A stretch of DNA of 62,920 bases, the filler included, from Kipferlia bialata (Eukaryota): NCBI GenBank assembly GCA_003568945.1. It is 2 parts of 2 records of this genome, joined end to end, with 100 filler letters (N's around TTAATTAATTAA, not from the genome) between each part and the next. Parts side by side here need not be neighbours in the genome. Positions count along the whole stretch, not along the records: positions 31,557 to 62,920 come from BDIP01000108.1; 1 more part is not named here. The stretch is one strand, 5' to 3'. The notes below the pieces were generated by a model. The model did no database searches. It was given only the letters and a program-made list of their open reading frames with translations, and was not told where the DNA came from. Of this stretch, positions 46,481 through 59,700 are shown in pieces (the first letter of the stretch is position 1; the number at the start of each line of letters is the position of its first letter). The position numbers were made by a program, and so were the translations under genes.

Positions 46481-46726
46481 AATCGACTCAGACCCAATTA
46501 AGCTAAAGTCCTTCAGAGAAGACAACGTGTCACTAGGTCGACAATTAAACAGAATACTTCAACTGTATTTCGACTATACAACACATCTTGGGCTTACAAA
46601 CAAACATATGGTGGCTTCCTCCGCTAGAGTGGAGAAGAGGTAGTATACTATGAGAAACTGAGTCCGAACAACACAATAACACTTGAACTAGTCTGTCGTG
46701 CCAACTGACTCACAAAGATTATACAT

Positions 46727-48298
46727 TTACTCAGATCCCCTAAGGTAGTAAGTCCAGGTATGGGTCTCTCCGTCAGCTGTGGTACCAACCACAACCAAGC
46801 GTCCACTTGCACGGCCCTTCCCAGCCCCTGCAGCGCTGTATCTCACCGACAGCTTCTGAGCAGTTCCCCTAGCAGGAACGTCCTCAGCGGCAGCGGAGAG
46901 AGCGAAACCACTGTTGTCGACCCGATAGACGCAGGACAGAACGCCGTGTGTCACGTTGCGGAAGGGCACCGGAGTGCCGGACCCTGAGGCTGGGACGGTG
47001 ATGGGTCCTCTGGGCTCTGGGTTGGTGCACACTGCGCTGAGAGGCACAGTGTATGCACCGCCCTCGGGGGAGGCCACGCGGAGGTAGGCGGTGGTGGGAC
47101 CTGAGGATGCTGTGAGGGCGGCGGGCTCATATGCAACAGACACGGTGAACTCACGGCCGGCCTCTCCTGCGCGGCACCTTGGTACAGACACAGTAGCTGA
47201 AGGGAGGGAGAAGTCACGCAGCACAAGAGAGTCAGCGTCAGAGGCGACAGCAGCACCGCCCTTCTCACGCTTCCCGCCCCGGCTCTGCTTGCTGCGGGCT
47301 GTAGTGTCTCCCTTTGAAGCGGATGCCGCAGCCTTGAGGGATGCCGCAGTCTCGACCGAGACGGTGTACTCAATGGGGTCAGTGAGCAGCGACGTGGCAC
47401 GTCCATAGGAGGTCAGACTGACTGAACGGGTCACAGATGACCCGAGGGGTGTGGTGAGAGCCAGCTTGCGGCACAGCAGTGCTGGTGCGGCAGAGGTGCG
47501 GACGGTGTAGGTCTCAGAGCCTAGCACACCGACGCTGAATGAGAGACGGGTGTCGGCAGATGCAGTTGGGGCGCCAGCAGTGGCCGCTGGTCCAGAGGGC
47601 ACGAGGGGCATGTAGGCAACACGGACCTGACGAGTCTCCCTGCCATAAGAGAACCAACAGTGACACCAATCACAATAGAGTCGGGGATATACTATGAGTA
47701 TAGTACAGCAGACACCACGTACCTGGGAGCAAGGTCCATGGCCTTGGGTGTGACTGTCAGGGCGTCGTTGTCCCACTCTGCAGAGACGTGGAGGGCTGTG
47801 TCGAGGGGGTTGGAGAGGCGGATGCTCTGGGCAACCTGAGATGAGACAAAGCCACCCTTTCACAATTATTAATACTATTTTGAGACTTGAATCACTAGGG
47901 CATACCTCTTCTCTGCACCGTGTGTCCAGCTGAATCAGAGACACTACGTCTGGCTCAGAGAATGCCACGTTGACCTTGTATCTAACGTACTCCTGAGAGT
48001 GAGGACATGGTACTAAGAATATATGCTGATAAATGTGCACATACACCCTACCTGATCAGCGGCAGTAAATGTGACAATGACAGAAACCTCTGCCTTGGCA
48101 TAGCTGTAGAGGGACAGCACATAGCGACGGGAGGCGAGGCTGGTGTGAGGGGACGGCCTGGTCACTATTCACAATCCATATAAATGATTATACAAACGAT
48201 ATGCGTCCACCATACCTTGGAATGTCGATCTGCTGGGGTCCAGACAGGATGAGTGCCCGCTTGTCGACAGAGGACTCCACCTCATGAGTGACCCTGAC

Positions 48299-48341
<43 letters not shown>

Positions 48342-51300
48342 GAGAGACCCACTGCAGGTAGTTACACAAGAGGCAAGACGCTTCTAGAGGAAGCACAAGA
48401 GGGACAGTACCTGAAGCGCTGTGTGTTGGACATCCAGTTCCGGACACTAATGGGGATGGCCAGCTGAGAACGAGCGGGACCTTAAGTGAGAGGAAGCTAT
48501 TCGAGTACACTCTATCCATAATGGCATATCACATAGCATATAATAACATGTGACACACACCGCTGGCTTCCAGTGTCTCTGCGATACCGGGCTCTGTTGA
48601 GTTACCCTCGAGCTCGACAACCACGGCAGTACCATCGGACAGTGGCACGAAGACAGACCTGGACTGTAAGCAGGAGAATAACACATTAACACCGCACCAA
48701 CACTATACCAATACTAAACCATGGTTGAATACTCGTACCCAGTGAGAGCCTTTGGCTGACCCCGCTTTGTTGCTGGACCCCTCTGGGAGTCTGGGGCCGC
48801 CTCTGCCTCTGCCTCTCCCTCTCCCTCCTCAGCTGCGGGGGTGTGGATGGTGGTGCGTAGAGGGTGGAAGGTGACCGGAAGATCAGCACCACCTGGGGTG
48901 AGGACCAGACTGTGTCTCGAGGAAGACAACACACCAATGGGGTGAATAATGTATGAACATATGGACATACCAGGTGGAAGAACAAGTCTCTGGGGCACGG
49001 AGAAGGCAGCGTCGCCACTGAGGGAGGGCTCAACCGTGTAGGAGACATTGGTGGCATTGTTGACGCGTATTGTCTGCACCTGCTCCTCCCTGACCTCACA
49101 GGAGAAGGTGAGCTTCTCGGTGACACCTGACAGTGAGGAGCAAATAGAAGAGAGAGCAGTCTTGGGGATTCATAACACAACTAGGCTCTGCATGTACCTG
49201 GAGTCTTGATTCCCGATCCTAGGCACTCTAGAGCTAGGGGCTCAGCATATCCAGGAACAGCTATCCTGAAGGTGAGTCGTAATTGGAAAGAGAGGCATAT
49301 GGACAAAGGTACAGTATGCCAATAGAACTCTCTATATAATATATAATGACAATATATAATATATTCAACGCAGCGCACCTGATGTTGTCGAGGTGGTACG
49401 ATGTCTTGGAAGCAGGCCTGAACCTGACTGCTAGGCTGATGCTGCCGTTGGGGGGCAGGTACCCAGCAGTGGGTGTGATGTCGAAAGGGTGCGCCTTGCC
49501 TGAGGGTGAGCACTTTGAGACTGCATCTCAACGTATAAACGCGATACATACCTATGATTCTTCCAAGAATCTGGCCGACACTCTCGAGTGCAAAGTCTGT
49601 TCCAACGTCCCCGGTGTTGGCCAGCTCTATGAACCTGGTTACCTCTGCTCCCATGACAACGGACCCAAAGGAGACACGGGAGACATCTAGGCGGACACCC
49701 AAGCCGAGGGCAGCCCCAGAGACCTGGAAGAGGGGTGTCTCAATGGTTCCATTGGCAAGGACAGACACAGACTGAGGGTGAGGCACAGAGAGAGAGATTA
49801 GTATACAATAGTCCACTACTGCTGATTGTCTACCCCACCTCTGTGAATGTATCCAGTCTGAGGTAGGGCCTGAAGAACACGATGACAGAGACAGTGCCGT
49901 TGGGGGGTACGTCCATGCTGCTGGGAAGACCGTCCAGGAAGGCATTGGTAGGCTCAGTCGTGAGACCTGGGGTCAGGGAATTGGGGGTGGTGGTCATATG
50001 TGAGAATGTAAGTATATACACATATCTATATATCAATGCATGCATCAATATACTGTGTACACACACACCTGTCTGCATCTGGTTGGCTATCTGTGCCAGG
50101 GCACGCGTACCGTCTCTGACAACTCTATCGGTGTCAGCGGTGTTGAACATGCCTGGGATCAGAAACACACACAAATATACACTGCTATATACACTACCAA
50201 AATTTACTATACATATATACGGGAACAATTGGTACCAGTACCTAGGTAGAGACCGGGAACAGTGGCGGCACTGTCTGCCAGAAGCTTCAAAGGACACACA
50301 CAGGCAGCCTTGTTGGTAACGGGGATAACCTAGAGGTGAGTGTAACAGGAAGACAGTAGATATAACAATGCAATACAATATAATAGAATGAGTTGTGGTA
50401 GAGAGATGTGCAGACACGAGGAGTGTACCTTGACCACAGCCTTCTGTCCACTGGCACCCAGGGGAACGGCACCTAGGTCGACATTTCTGGTAATGAGATG
50501 GTGAGTATGCGGCTATATATGCATATGGAGACCGTCACGCACGATATACAAACAACACACACACACACAAATATATATATACATATATATATATTTATGT
50601 ACCTGGTGCCGCAGTGTACAAGAAGGGGCACGCCCTGGCCTGTCACTGTGCACAGAATGCGGGTGAGACCATTGACCACAAAGGTCAGGGTCTCCTTATA
50701 GGAGCGGACCTGGGGTTAGTCAAGAATGTCATTGAGATTGCTGACTCTACTAATTAGCAGACGTGTGTACACTTAACAGCGTGGAGTGATACCTGGGTGG
50801 GCTTGAATGTGATTGTGAGGGTGCGGCTCTCGTTTGGCTCGAGGATGGCAGACGCACTCTCGTCAACTGGAGGTGAGATTGGTATATGGTTCGTTTGAAA
50901 TAGAGAGTAGATTGATATAGACCAGTCCACCATACCTGACACCACGTCACTGGCACACTCGAGCTCAACGGCAAGAGACTGCGAATCACAGTTCTTGAGG
51001 AGCAGCTGTCTGGGTGTGAGAAGGCATATATGTGGGATGTATTATACTGCTATAGCGATGAGTACAGTGACGTGGGTACCTGGTGGCCACTGGGGCCCCT
51101 GCCGTGTAGAGGAAGGCGGGCCCAAAGGCATGCCTCGTCCAGGACAGGTCCAGGAGAGGCTTGGCACTCTTGGCAGACAGCAGCACCTGAAGTAAGATGT
51201 AATGATAGAACTCAGATGACGATCCCATGTGTTGTACCTCGTACTGGGGTCCGTCAGTGATTGACACGTGGAGTGAGAACCCAACGTCAGGCCCGATTGT

Positions 51301-54300
51301 GACAGTGTCCCTTCCACAGAAGGTGAGGGAGATATCAGACGGCTCTCCGTTCGGCTCGACAGTACCACTGGTGTGAGAGGCAAGTGTATCATGATAACCA
51401 CTTCTATATGCACACTGTCTGTCACACCTGGTGTTGGTCAGGCTGAAGTGGCGCCTGCACTGCTTCAGATTCACATCATCACGCAGGATGCGGCGTGTAC
51501 GGGAGTCCGGCAGTCTGATACGTAGAGAGGCACTGTACTGGAAGGGTGTGTTGCCCTGGTTGCTCAGCCTCAGCACGCGTGTGATACGCTCCAGAGTGTG
51601 GACAGAGCCTGAGGGTGAGTGGAGGGAGACAGTTCCGACAATAGGAGACTAGTGTCACACACACACGCACCTAGGTCCAGGTGTGTGGGTGGGGATGTCT
51701 TGTCGGTCTTGGCCGTGAGAGCAATGGGCGAGGCTCCGTCAGAGACTGGAAGCAGAGCCGCAGCCACCTGCAATGTGTAGCAGCGGTACTTGACGTTGAG
51801 GTAGAGCGGCATGGACCTTCTGGATATGTTGAACCTGATGCTCTTGTTCACCTGTCCCACCTTGGTGGGCTGGGCTGGGGTGAGATCGACACAGAGTGAA
51901 CAAATGGTATCCATACCCCCCGCTCCCCACATGTCCAGAGCAGAACTCTAAGTTGGATACACACACACTCACCAGTCAGCAACAGGGGGATCTGACCCTT
52001 GGCGGGAATGGTCCCGTCCAGAGGCTCCAGCTTGAGTCCAGCTGGGCTATGAGATGAGGTGTATATTAATATTAGATATATATACAAGAGATATATATAC
52101 AATAGGCAGCAGCAAGAGAAGCTCAATGAGCAAGTGTCTATCGGACACAGTGATACCTGGGAGGCTGGCCCTGTCGACCGAGAAGGAGAACGGGATGGTC
52201 TCCCTGTTGAAGAGAGTCACCGAGGTCGAACTGGGCTTCTTGTCAAGCATCACATTCTCAATACGAACATGGGACTCGCTGGTGTTAGGGAGTGAACAGA
52301 GGATGATAGAGAATGTGATATATATATGTAGCGACATAGAATACACACATGCACGTACCTCAGCTCGATGTGGGGCTCGTCAGCGTGGCAGACAACGAGG
52401 ATTGGGACCTTGACGTTGAACTGCGGCAGCTCGATTAGGAAGTACGCCTCCTCCTGCTTTCTGGCCATGCTCTTCCGGTCAGGGGTGAAGGAGAACTTGA
52501 GCTCGGCCTTCTCCCCAGCACCAAGGGAGCCCTGCTTCGCCTGAGTGCCTCTGGAGGTGAGAACATAGAAAGGAACAGAAGGAACTGAAGGGACTGAAGC
52601 TTTGATAATAGTGTAGGTCACACCTGATTCTAGGGGATGAGCCGTCAAGCCTCGTCAGGTGCAGAGTGTATCCAGTCCCAGTCAGGTTGGACACAGACAG
52701 AGAGCCGTGGGACACGAGTCCTAGACCGCGTCCACTGATCTCAATGACCTGAAGATGAGGGAATTAAGAGTGTATGTACCATACTATGAACCATAAGAAT
52801 ATCACCCTATCAAGTATGTCGCACACTATAAAATACACCATACCTGTGTCCTGTTGACAGCAGCACCCATGACATGGGGAGCAAACTCAGCGGGGCAAGG
52901 GAGCTGAGAGTCTCTCCTGCCAGCTGACGATCAGTATGGATATTGAACAGAGAAACTTGACCCCAATCTCAGTGATTCAGCGACTATGACCCCCAGATAT
53001 ATAGGAGTAAGTGTCTCTTGGTACCTGTGAGATAGTCGCACGGGTCTGCCTCGATATGAATGAGGGGCAGCTGGGCCTTGCCCTGGAGTGAGGAGAGGGA
53101 CTAGACACAGGGACACAGAAGCGACAGTTAAGAGAGCAGTGACTGCACTGACCTGGAGGTGGATGGGGGGGATGACGCTGTCTCTCTCCTTCTGTGCGTC
53201 GGACTCGGAGCCAGAGGTGAGGGGGCGGGGTCCGATGGATCCAGTCAACACACACTGGTGCTGACCTGGTGTGGGAGATGGAGTATACACACTATATGCA
53301 CACAACTCACAACATACTCACCTGGCTGAAGGGGTGCGTACACGAGGGCGAGCTCAGTAGACTCTGAGTCCCCAGTATCTCCTGCCTTGGCCTTGCTGGG
53401 CTTGGGTGCCTTGGCGGCCTTGCCACCCTTTGCAGCCTGACTCGTTAGGGACTCGTTAGGGACTGGTTAGGGACTGGTTAGGGACGGCGGAGACTGAACC
53501 CAAACTCCATAACAAAGCAGAGATGAGTAATGTATAATTGCAATACTCCACATGTCCCCCGTACCTTGCCGGTGTTGGCGAAACAGGCCTTGTAGAGCTC
53601 GGAAACTGCAGAGGCAGGTGCCTTGAGCACTAGGGTGTCCACAGATGGAGAGAAGTATGTGTCCAGACCGACATCGGCAAAGTCACTCCTGTTGAAGAGG
53701 CTGAGGTGGACAGGCAGACACAGGGGGGATCTGTTGGCCAGGTGGAGTGTGACAGAGCGCTTCTGGAGCACGGGGGTGGCTGGGGATGAGATGATAGACA
53801 GAGAGCAGAAGAGTACACTTACAAGAGACGTACTTGCGAATGGAACCAATGCCCCTGCGGCACCGGGTCTCTCATCGACATTGGCGTCGTCACTCTCCTT
53901 GCCCATGGACACGACTGTCGAGTCTGCCTCTGTCAAGGGCCTGCACCCACGGGGGAGGGGGGTCCACTCTAGCATGGGGTGGGATAGGGAGAGTTAATCT
54001 AATAATATAAGTCAATGGAAAGTCAAGAATGGTATGATAATACAATAGTTGACCAAATGAGAGCAGGACAGGATACCTTCCGGCGGCACTGGCGCATGAA
54101 CCAAAGAGCCTGAGAGAGTAGAACTCGGGGGTGCCAGACTCCTCCACGGGAGGCTCAGCAACCCTCTCATTCCTAATATGAGTCGCTCAATCAATACAAG
54201 GGAAATAGTATTGATATATCATACACGAAGACATGGCTGTAGTTATATGTCCCGTACTTGCGCTGACCGTCCACAAATGTGACTGTCCTGAGGGCACTGT

Positions 54301-56718
54301 CCCACCCAGAGGAGAGGCTGTCGCCCTGCCTGTCTCTGCCGTACTGGATGGGGCACACCCTAACAGGGAGGCTGTTGCCCAGGAAGCACAGCTCCTGAGT
54401 GCCTGTAAAGGCAACGCTGATCTCCTGCATTGAGTGTCCAAGCCATGTATATATTCTATCGAAGTGACTGATCATATATACAACTGGTAGTACCTTTGAG
54501 CTGGCTGCCGGTATGTGACCAACAGCAGGGGACACCCTGAGACCTGGGCAGACCAGGTCCTCCCAGTCCACCTCTGCCTCTCTCTCTCCCTCAGAGTCGT
54601 CCTCGGGACCTGCCTGCACTCTCTCTGCCTCTCTCTCTCTCTCCTCCTCCGTGAGGAACGAGAAGCGGCAGTGCCTGTTGGACGAGTTGGTGAGGGTGAT
54701 GGTGGTGTAGGACAGGGACCCAGAGGAGGAGGCTGGGAGCACCGCATCCTCGAGGAAGACATTGGTGCTGATGCAGCCGTTCTCGTCGTCCTTCGGCTCC
54801 TGCTCCTCCCTAAGGGCTGCCACGCCAGACTCAGCGTTACAGAGGGGCAGGGGGTCCTAGATGTCAGAGAGTATCGGATACCGTGTACAGAAGGGGGAGT
54901 ATAATGTGTACAACACTGACCAACACACACACACACACCTTCTCCTCAGTGTCGCCAGTAAGTGTAGCCTCGAGACCCATGGCTGTGAGTGCCTCAGAGG
55001 CCAGGGCCAGCTTGACGGGAATGGGGTCAGATGTAGTGACGTCAAGGAGGGCCTCGAAGGCCGATCCATCAAGGGCAATCTGGTGTCAGATCACATGAGA
55101 GGAGATCAACAAGAATACAATATCAGTAGTAAGGCAAGACTGACCTCAATCTGCTCAAATGCATTGTTGTGAGTCCTGACAAGGAGCCTGGACCGGTCAC
55201 TCTTGCTAGCCCTTTGATGAGAAGATTGATCGATTGGAGAATTATGGAAGAAGAGAGGAATATATACAGGAAGATGGGCAACATGTGACCCAAACCTGGA
55301 TGGGGAGTAGTCAATGTACAGGACTGCATCCGACCCTGTGGCCTGGGTGGTCTGACCCTCCTCAGCGGAAGGGGCAGGGGGCAGGGTGGCGTTCGAGGGT
55401 CCCCTGATGTGAGATGTACAAAACACGCAATATTATCCTGATATGCTAGTACAGCGTCGGTATGTCTGGTACCTTAGTGTGAAGGCAGATGCAGTTGGCA
55501 GGCCACCATCTGTGGATGCACTCACGATCTGGGCAGCATAGGATGCTGGCACAGACCCCACGTTAGTGATTGTGACTGTCGCCGTCTTGGTGTTGCCAAC
55601 GGACACACGGCGGAAGAGAGCCGTCTCTGTCTCCTGGTCCTCGACATCTACACCGGTCACTGCCACTCCAACCCTTGGGAGGATACCATGGGCTATGACT
55701 CCGACGCTGAGGAGCTGTCTGGCACTGAAGGCGCTGGACACAGGGGTGGGCTCAGGGGCCTCGCCCTTGTCGCCCTTGGCCTTGCCCTAATATCAGAGGG
55801 AAGGAGGAAGAGGCACACGTATATATAATGGAAGGGAAGACATGGATGCAATTCGAACTACTCACTACATACTCACCTTAGCGGCCTTCTTCTCCATCTC
55901 CTGGGCCTCCTCCATGGCAGCCACATGTGCCTTATCATGGGCAGAGCCCTTCACATAGGCCTTGAAGGTGCCAAAGACTGGCAGGAGAGACACGGGCTTG
56001 AAGGAGAGGTCGACGTATGCCGACTCCTCGGGTCCCAGCTCCAGGGTGGCTGGGCTGACCGAGAAGGGACATTCTACAGTCTCAGGGACGCCGGCAGGAG
56101 CACCCTTCTTGCCCTGGGGTGTCTCAGTACTGGGGTTATGATGTGTTGGTGTGACAACTTGTGACAAGCGGGAGAGATTCAGCAAGTAATGGTGTACCTG
56201 GCCTGCTCCTCCACTTCGGCACAGAAGGTGACTGCAACAGGGGAGGGATTGATGAGCTTGATGCGCTCGACAATGGTCTCTCCGACAAGAACACCCTGGA
56301 AATTAGAACACAACACCTTTGCCAAGACTCACAGACTACTCGACATACCTTCATCTTCAGGGACTGCTCACTGATGCCGAAGGTGGAGGTGAGGCCTGCG
56401 GCACTACCCAACGAAGGCAGCACAACCTGAAGGTAAGCCAACTCGAAACAGTGGATGAGAAGAACGTATAAGAATCCAATGACTTGCCATACAACAGCTA
56501 TTGGAACCGATACCTGCTCCTCGAAAATGGCCCCGAAAGACCTGTTCTCAATAGCGGGCACCCAGCTGGATCCAGAGAGAAGGAAGGTGATCTCTGGAGA
56601 CGAGAGGTCCTTGACGGCGGGGCCAGCTCTGATGGACGCGTCCCTTCCACTGACACGGAAGACGACAACCTCCTCGAGCTTCTGGTGGTTAGGAGGAGGT
56701 CATAGACAATAGATATAC

Positions 56719-56753
<35 letters not shown>

Positions 56754-59700
56754 GGTCTGTGTCCGAGTCCATACTGGAGTGGAAGGTGACCGAGATGCGC
56801 TTGTCGGTACCAGGCTGGAGCAGCACGTTGGCGGGGGACACGACAAACCTGGCCACCTCCAGGGAACCAGTTCCCTCCTCAGAGAGAGGGTCCTCAGGCT
56901 CTTCCGCATCCTACACGGTTAACAGACAGCAGGAGAAATGTATCGGATACATATGACTATACACGTATGATGTAACATAACATGAAACATACCTTGCCCT
57001 TGCCCTTGGCCACGGGCTCATCCTTGGAGAGCATTGCCTAGACGTTAGAGTATGTCACAAGGGAGAAGAGACCAGAAGGATAGAGGCCAGGTACCTGTGC
57101 AACAACGTCTGGCAACGGAGGCGGTGTGGTCTTGGCGTCAGCGAGGCTGAGTGTGTTGAAGGCGAAGGGGAAGCGGCCGGTGTTGATGATCTCAAACTGA
57201 CGCTCTGCCACACTCCCACTGGCCAGGGGTCCAAAGGACACTCCGCGCTGGGGAGACACGATGAACTGAGAGAACTCGGCTGCGGCAAAGACCTTCACGG
57301 GCACCCTGTGTTAGAGAGACACTAGCATGCAGTAACGATACATACAGGAGAGCATATATCCAACCTTGCAAGCAGGACGCCAGTCTCGCTGTCAGTGAAG
57401 AGGACGGAGCACACAGACTTGGATCCGAGGAACAGGGCCTCGGTGGGGCTAAAACGAATGTTGACCGTGGCAGAACCTGGGGTCAGGGACTGGTAACATA
57501 TAATTATACCCAAGATATGGGTACTTGTTTGAGTGGGTACCTGGCTCGTTTGTCTTCTCGTCAGGCTGCTCGATGGTTCCCTCTGAGAACAGTACGGGCG
57601 CAGTCTCCTCAGCCCCTCCCTTGCCCTTGGGGTCCTTCTTCTTGGCATCAGGGTCCTCGGGCACAGCAACGCACTGGAGGTACGACGAGTGGCGCTGGCC
57701 AAAGACAACCTGGCGTCAGAAAGAGAATGTCACAAATATCGACTTGCAGTTTGTAATGACAGTGGTGTACCTTGTAGTTCACCCTGTGGATAGAGGTGTT
57801 GGACAGAACCAGGAGGCGCTCGTGCTCGGTGCCTGGAGTGAATTAAATTCTACACCATTATATCAGAAGACACTAGTTGCAATGTACCTACGAGCACCGT
57901 TCCGAAGTTCATGCACTTGTCAGAGACATCACTGCTGAGCTCACATATGGCTGGAGACACCGCGGTGGGGGCAGGAGTGGCAACCGAGACGCCAACCTGA
58001 GGGTGAGAGAATAGTAAGCTAGCCAGGTATGCAATGTGCTACACTAGGACAAGCCATGATTAGCCATGATAAGTAATGTTAACGATACCTGGAATGCCTC
58101 TCCGGTGAATGAGACTGGGATCTTCTGACAAGGGGCGGAGACACTCTCTGTGACCTCCTTTAGCTGATCCACAACCTCCTCGGACAGAGTGACACCGTCC
58201 TCAATGGCAGGCAGAGATGACCTAGAATGAGACAAAACAAGTAAGAAGTATTGCGCTGGCAAGGAAGAGATAGAGTTCAAGGAAGACGTATTGCACTGAG
58301 AAGGTAATACATCACACACCTTGGGAAGAGACGGCTCACTACCAGGCCGACAGACACGGCAGACTCCTCCTCACTCAGGGCATTGTAAGAGAAGGCCACG
58401 CTGCTGGTGGCGTTGGGCCGCAACACCCCAGTGGCTGGGGTAACAGTGACAATGTTGGTGCCAGCCCCACCCTCACTCTCGGGCAGGGATACCCACTTGA
58501 CCCCGTCGGCACCGGGTTCGGGTGCCTTATCGCGCTCTGCACGAGTGGTAGCACCGAACCCAGGTCGAGGTGTCTTTGCCGGTGCCGGTGGGTTGGTAGG
58601 GACCACCTTGCCGGCCTCCCCGGTCAGAGACCACCGGACAGGCAGGGAGGAGGGGTTGGAGAGCTCCAGCACGGTCTCTCCGACAGACCCTGTGGGGAGT
58701 CTGGCGAGTGTCAACTGCACTGTCTCCTCCTCGCCCTCCTCCTCGGCGTCCTTGGGAGGCTTGCCACCCTTGGCGGCCTTTCCCTTGCCCTTCCCCTTGG
58801 CGGCACTGGTCGGCCTCTCAGGCACCTCCTTGCCCTCGGCGACAGGGGCAGTGGCAGCCACTCTGGGGGTGGCTCCAGTCACGCTGAGGGGGATCAGCAG
58901 GGTCTGGGCCTCCGTAGTGGCAACAGAGAGGACCGAGGAGTACTTGCCCTCCCCAGATGGGAAGCAGGATACTAGGGCTGAGGCACTCTCTCCCGGCATG
59001 ACAATGAGGCTCTTGGGACACACGTCAAACACGTCAGAGGAGTCTCCATCTGCCTCTGCAACAGGTGGCTTCCTAGCACTCTTGCTGGGAGTCTTGGGGG
59101 TGGCGCTCCGCTGCTCACCAGGACCCTTGTGGCCAAGGAGGGAGAGAGAGACATGGGCTGGGAGGATGGAGTTGTTAGTCACACGGAGTGACGCCACCCG
59201 AGAACCAGCGCAGCCAAGGGTCTGCTCAATGAGCTCAGCAGAGAACTTGGTGCTATCGATGAGCTCGCCCTGCAGACGCTGAACCTGGAATCAGCAAGAT
59301 GAAAAAAGATTGCGATATATATAGAGCACCAACACATTGCTACGACAAGGCCGAACCTCCTTGTCAACTGCGTCAGTCTCGGCCTCTCCCTCAGCATCAG
59401 CCTCGAGGGCAAGGCTGGAGGCACGTCCCTTAGCGCCCTTTCCTCCACGGGCGCTCTCCTTCCCCTGGGCCTTGGCAGCATGGGCGGCCTCCTCTCTCTC
59501 TTTGTCAGCAAGGCCCTTGTAGTAGGCCTCAGTGACGGCAGGTGGTCTAGGGATACCGGGACGCAAGACACGGAAGCTGTAGCCGGCAAGCTCAACTGTG
59601 TTGTCATCAATGCCACCGGTAGGAGACTCCCCATCGGCCAGGGGGAGACCGGGCTTGGCCTGGGGGTGAGTGACACATCAGCAATCCACGCCCAATACTA

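Noticed and set aside
53445..53483. Interstitial telomere or telomerase RNA template
   Set aside because: The TTAGGG units are separated by 5 nt spacers and coincide with the intron branch motif CCCTAAC.
58407..59282. Long antisense ORFs (also 1747-2472, 25907-26434 and others)
   Set aside because: These are shadow frames of GC-rich coding exons on the opposite strand, with no independent motifs.
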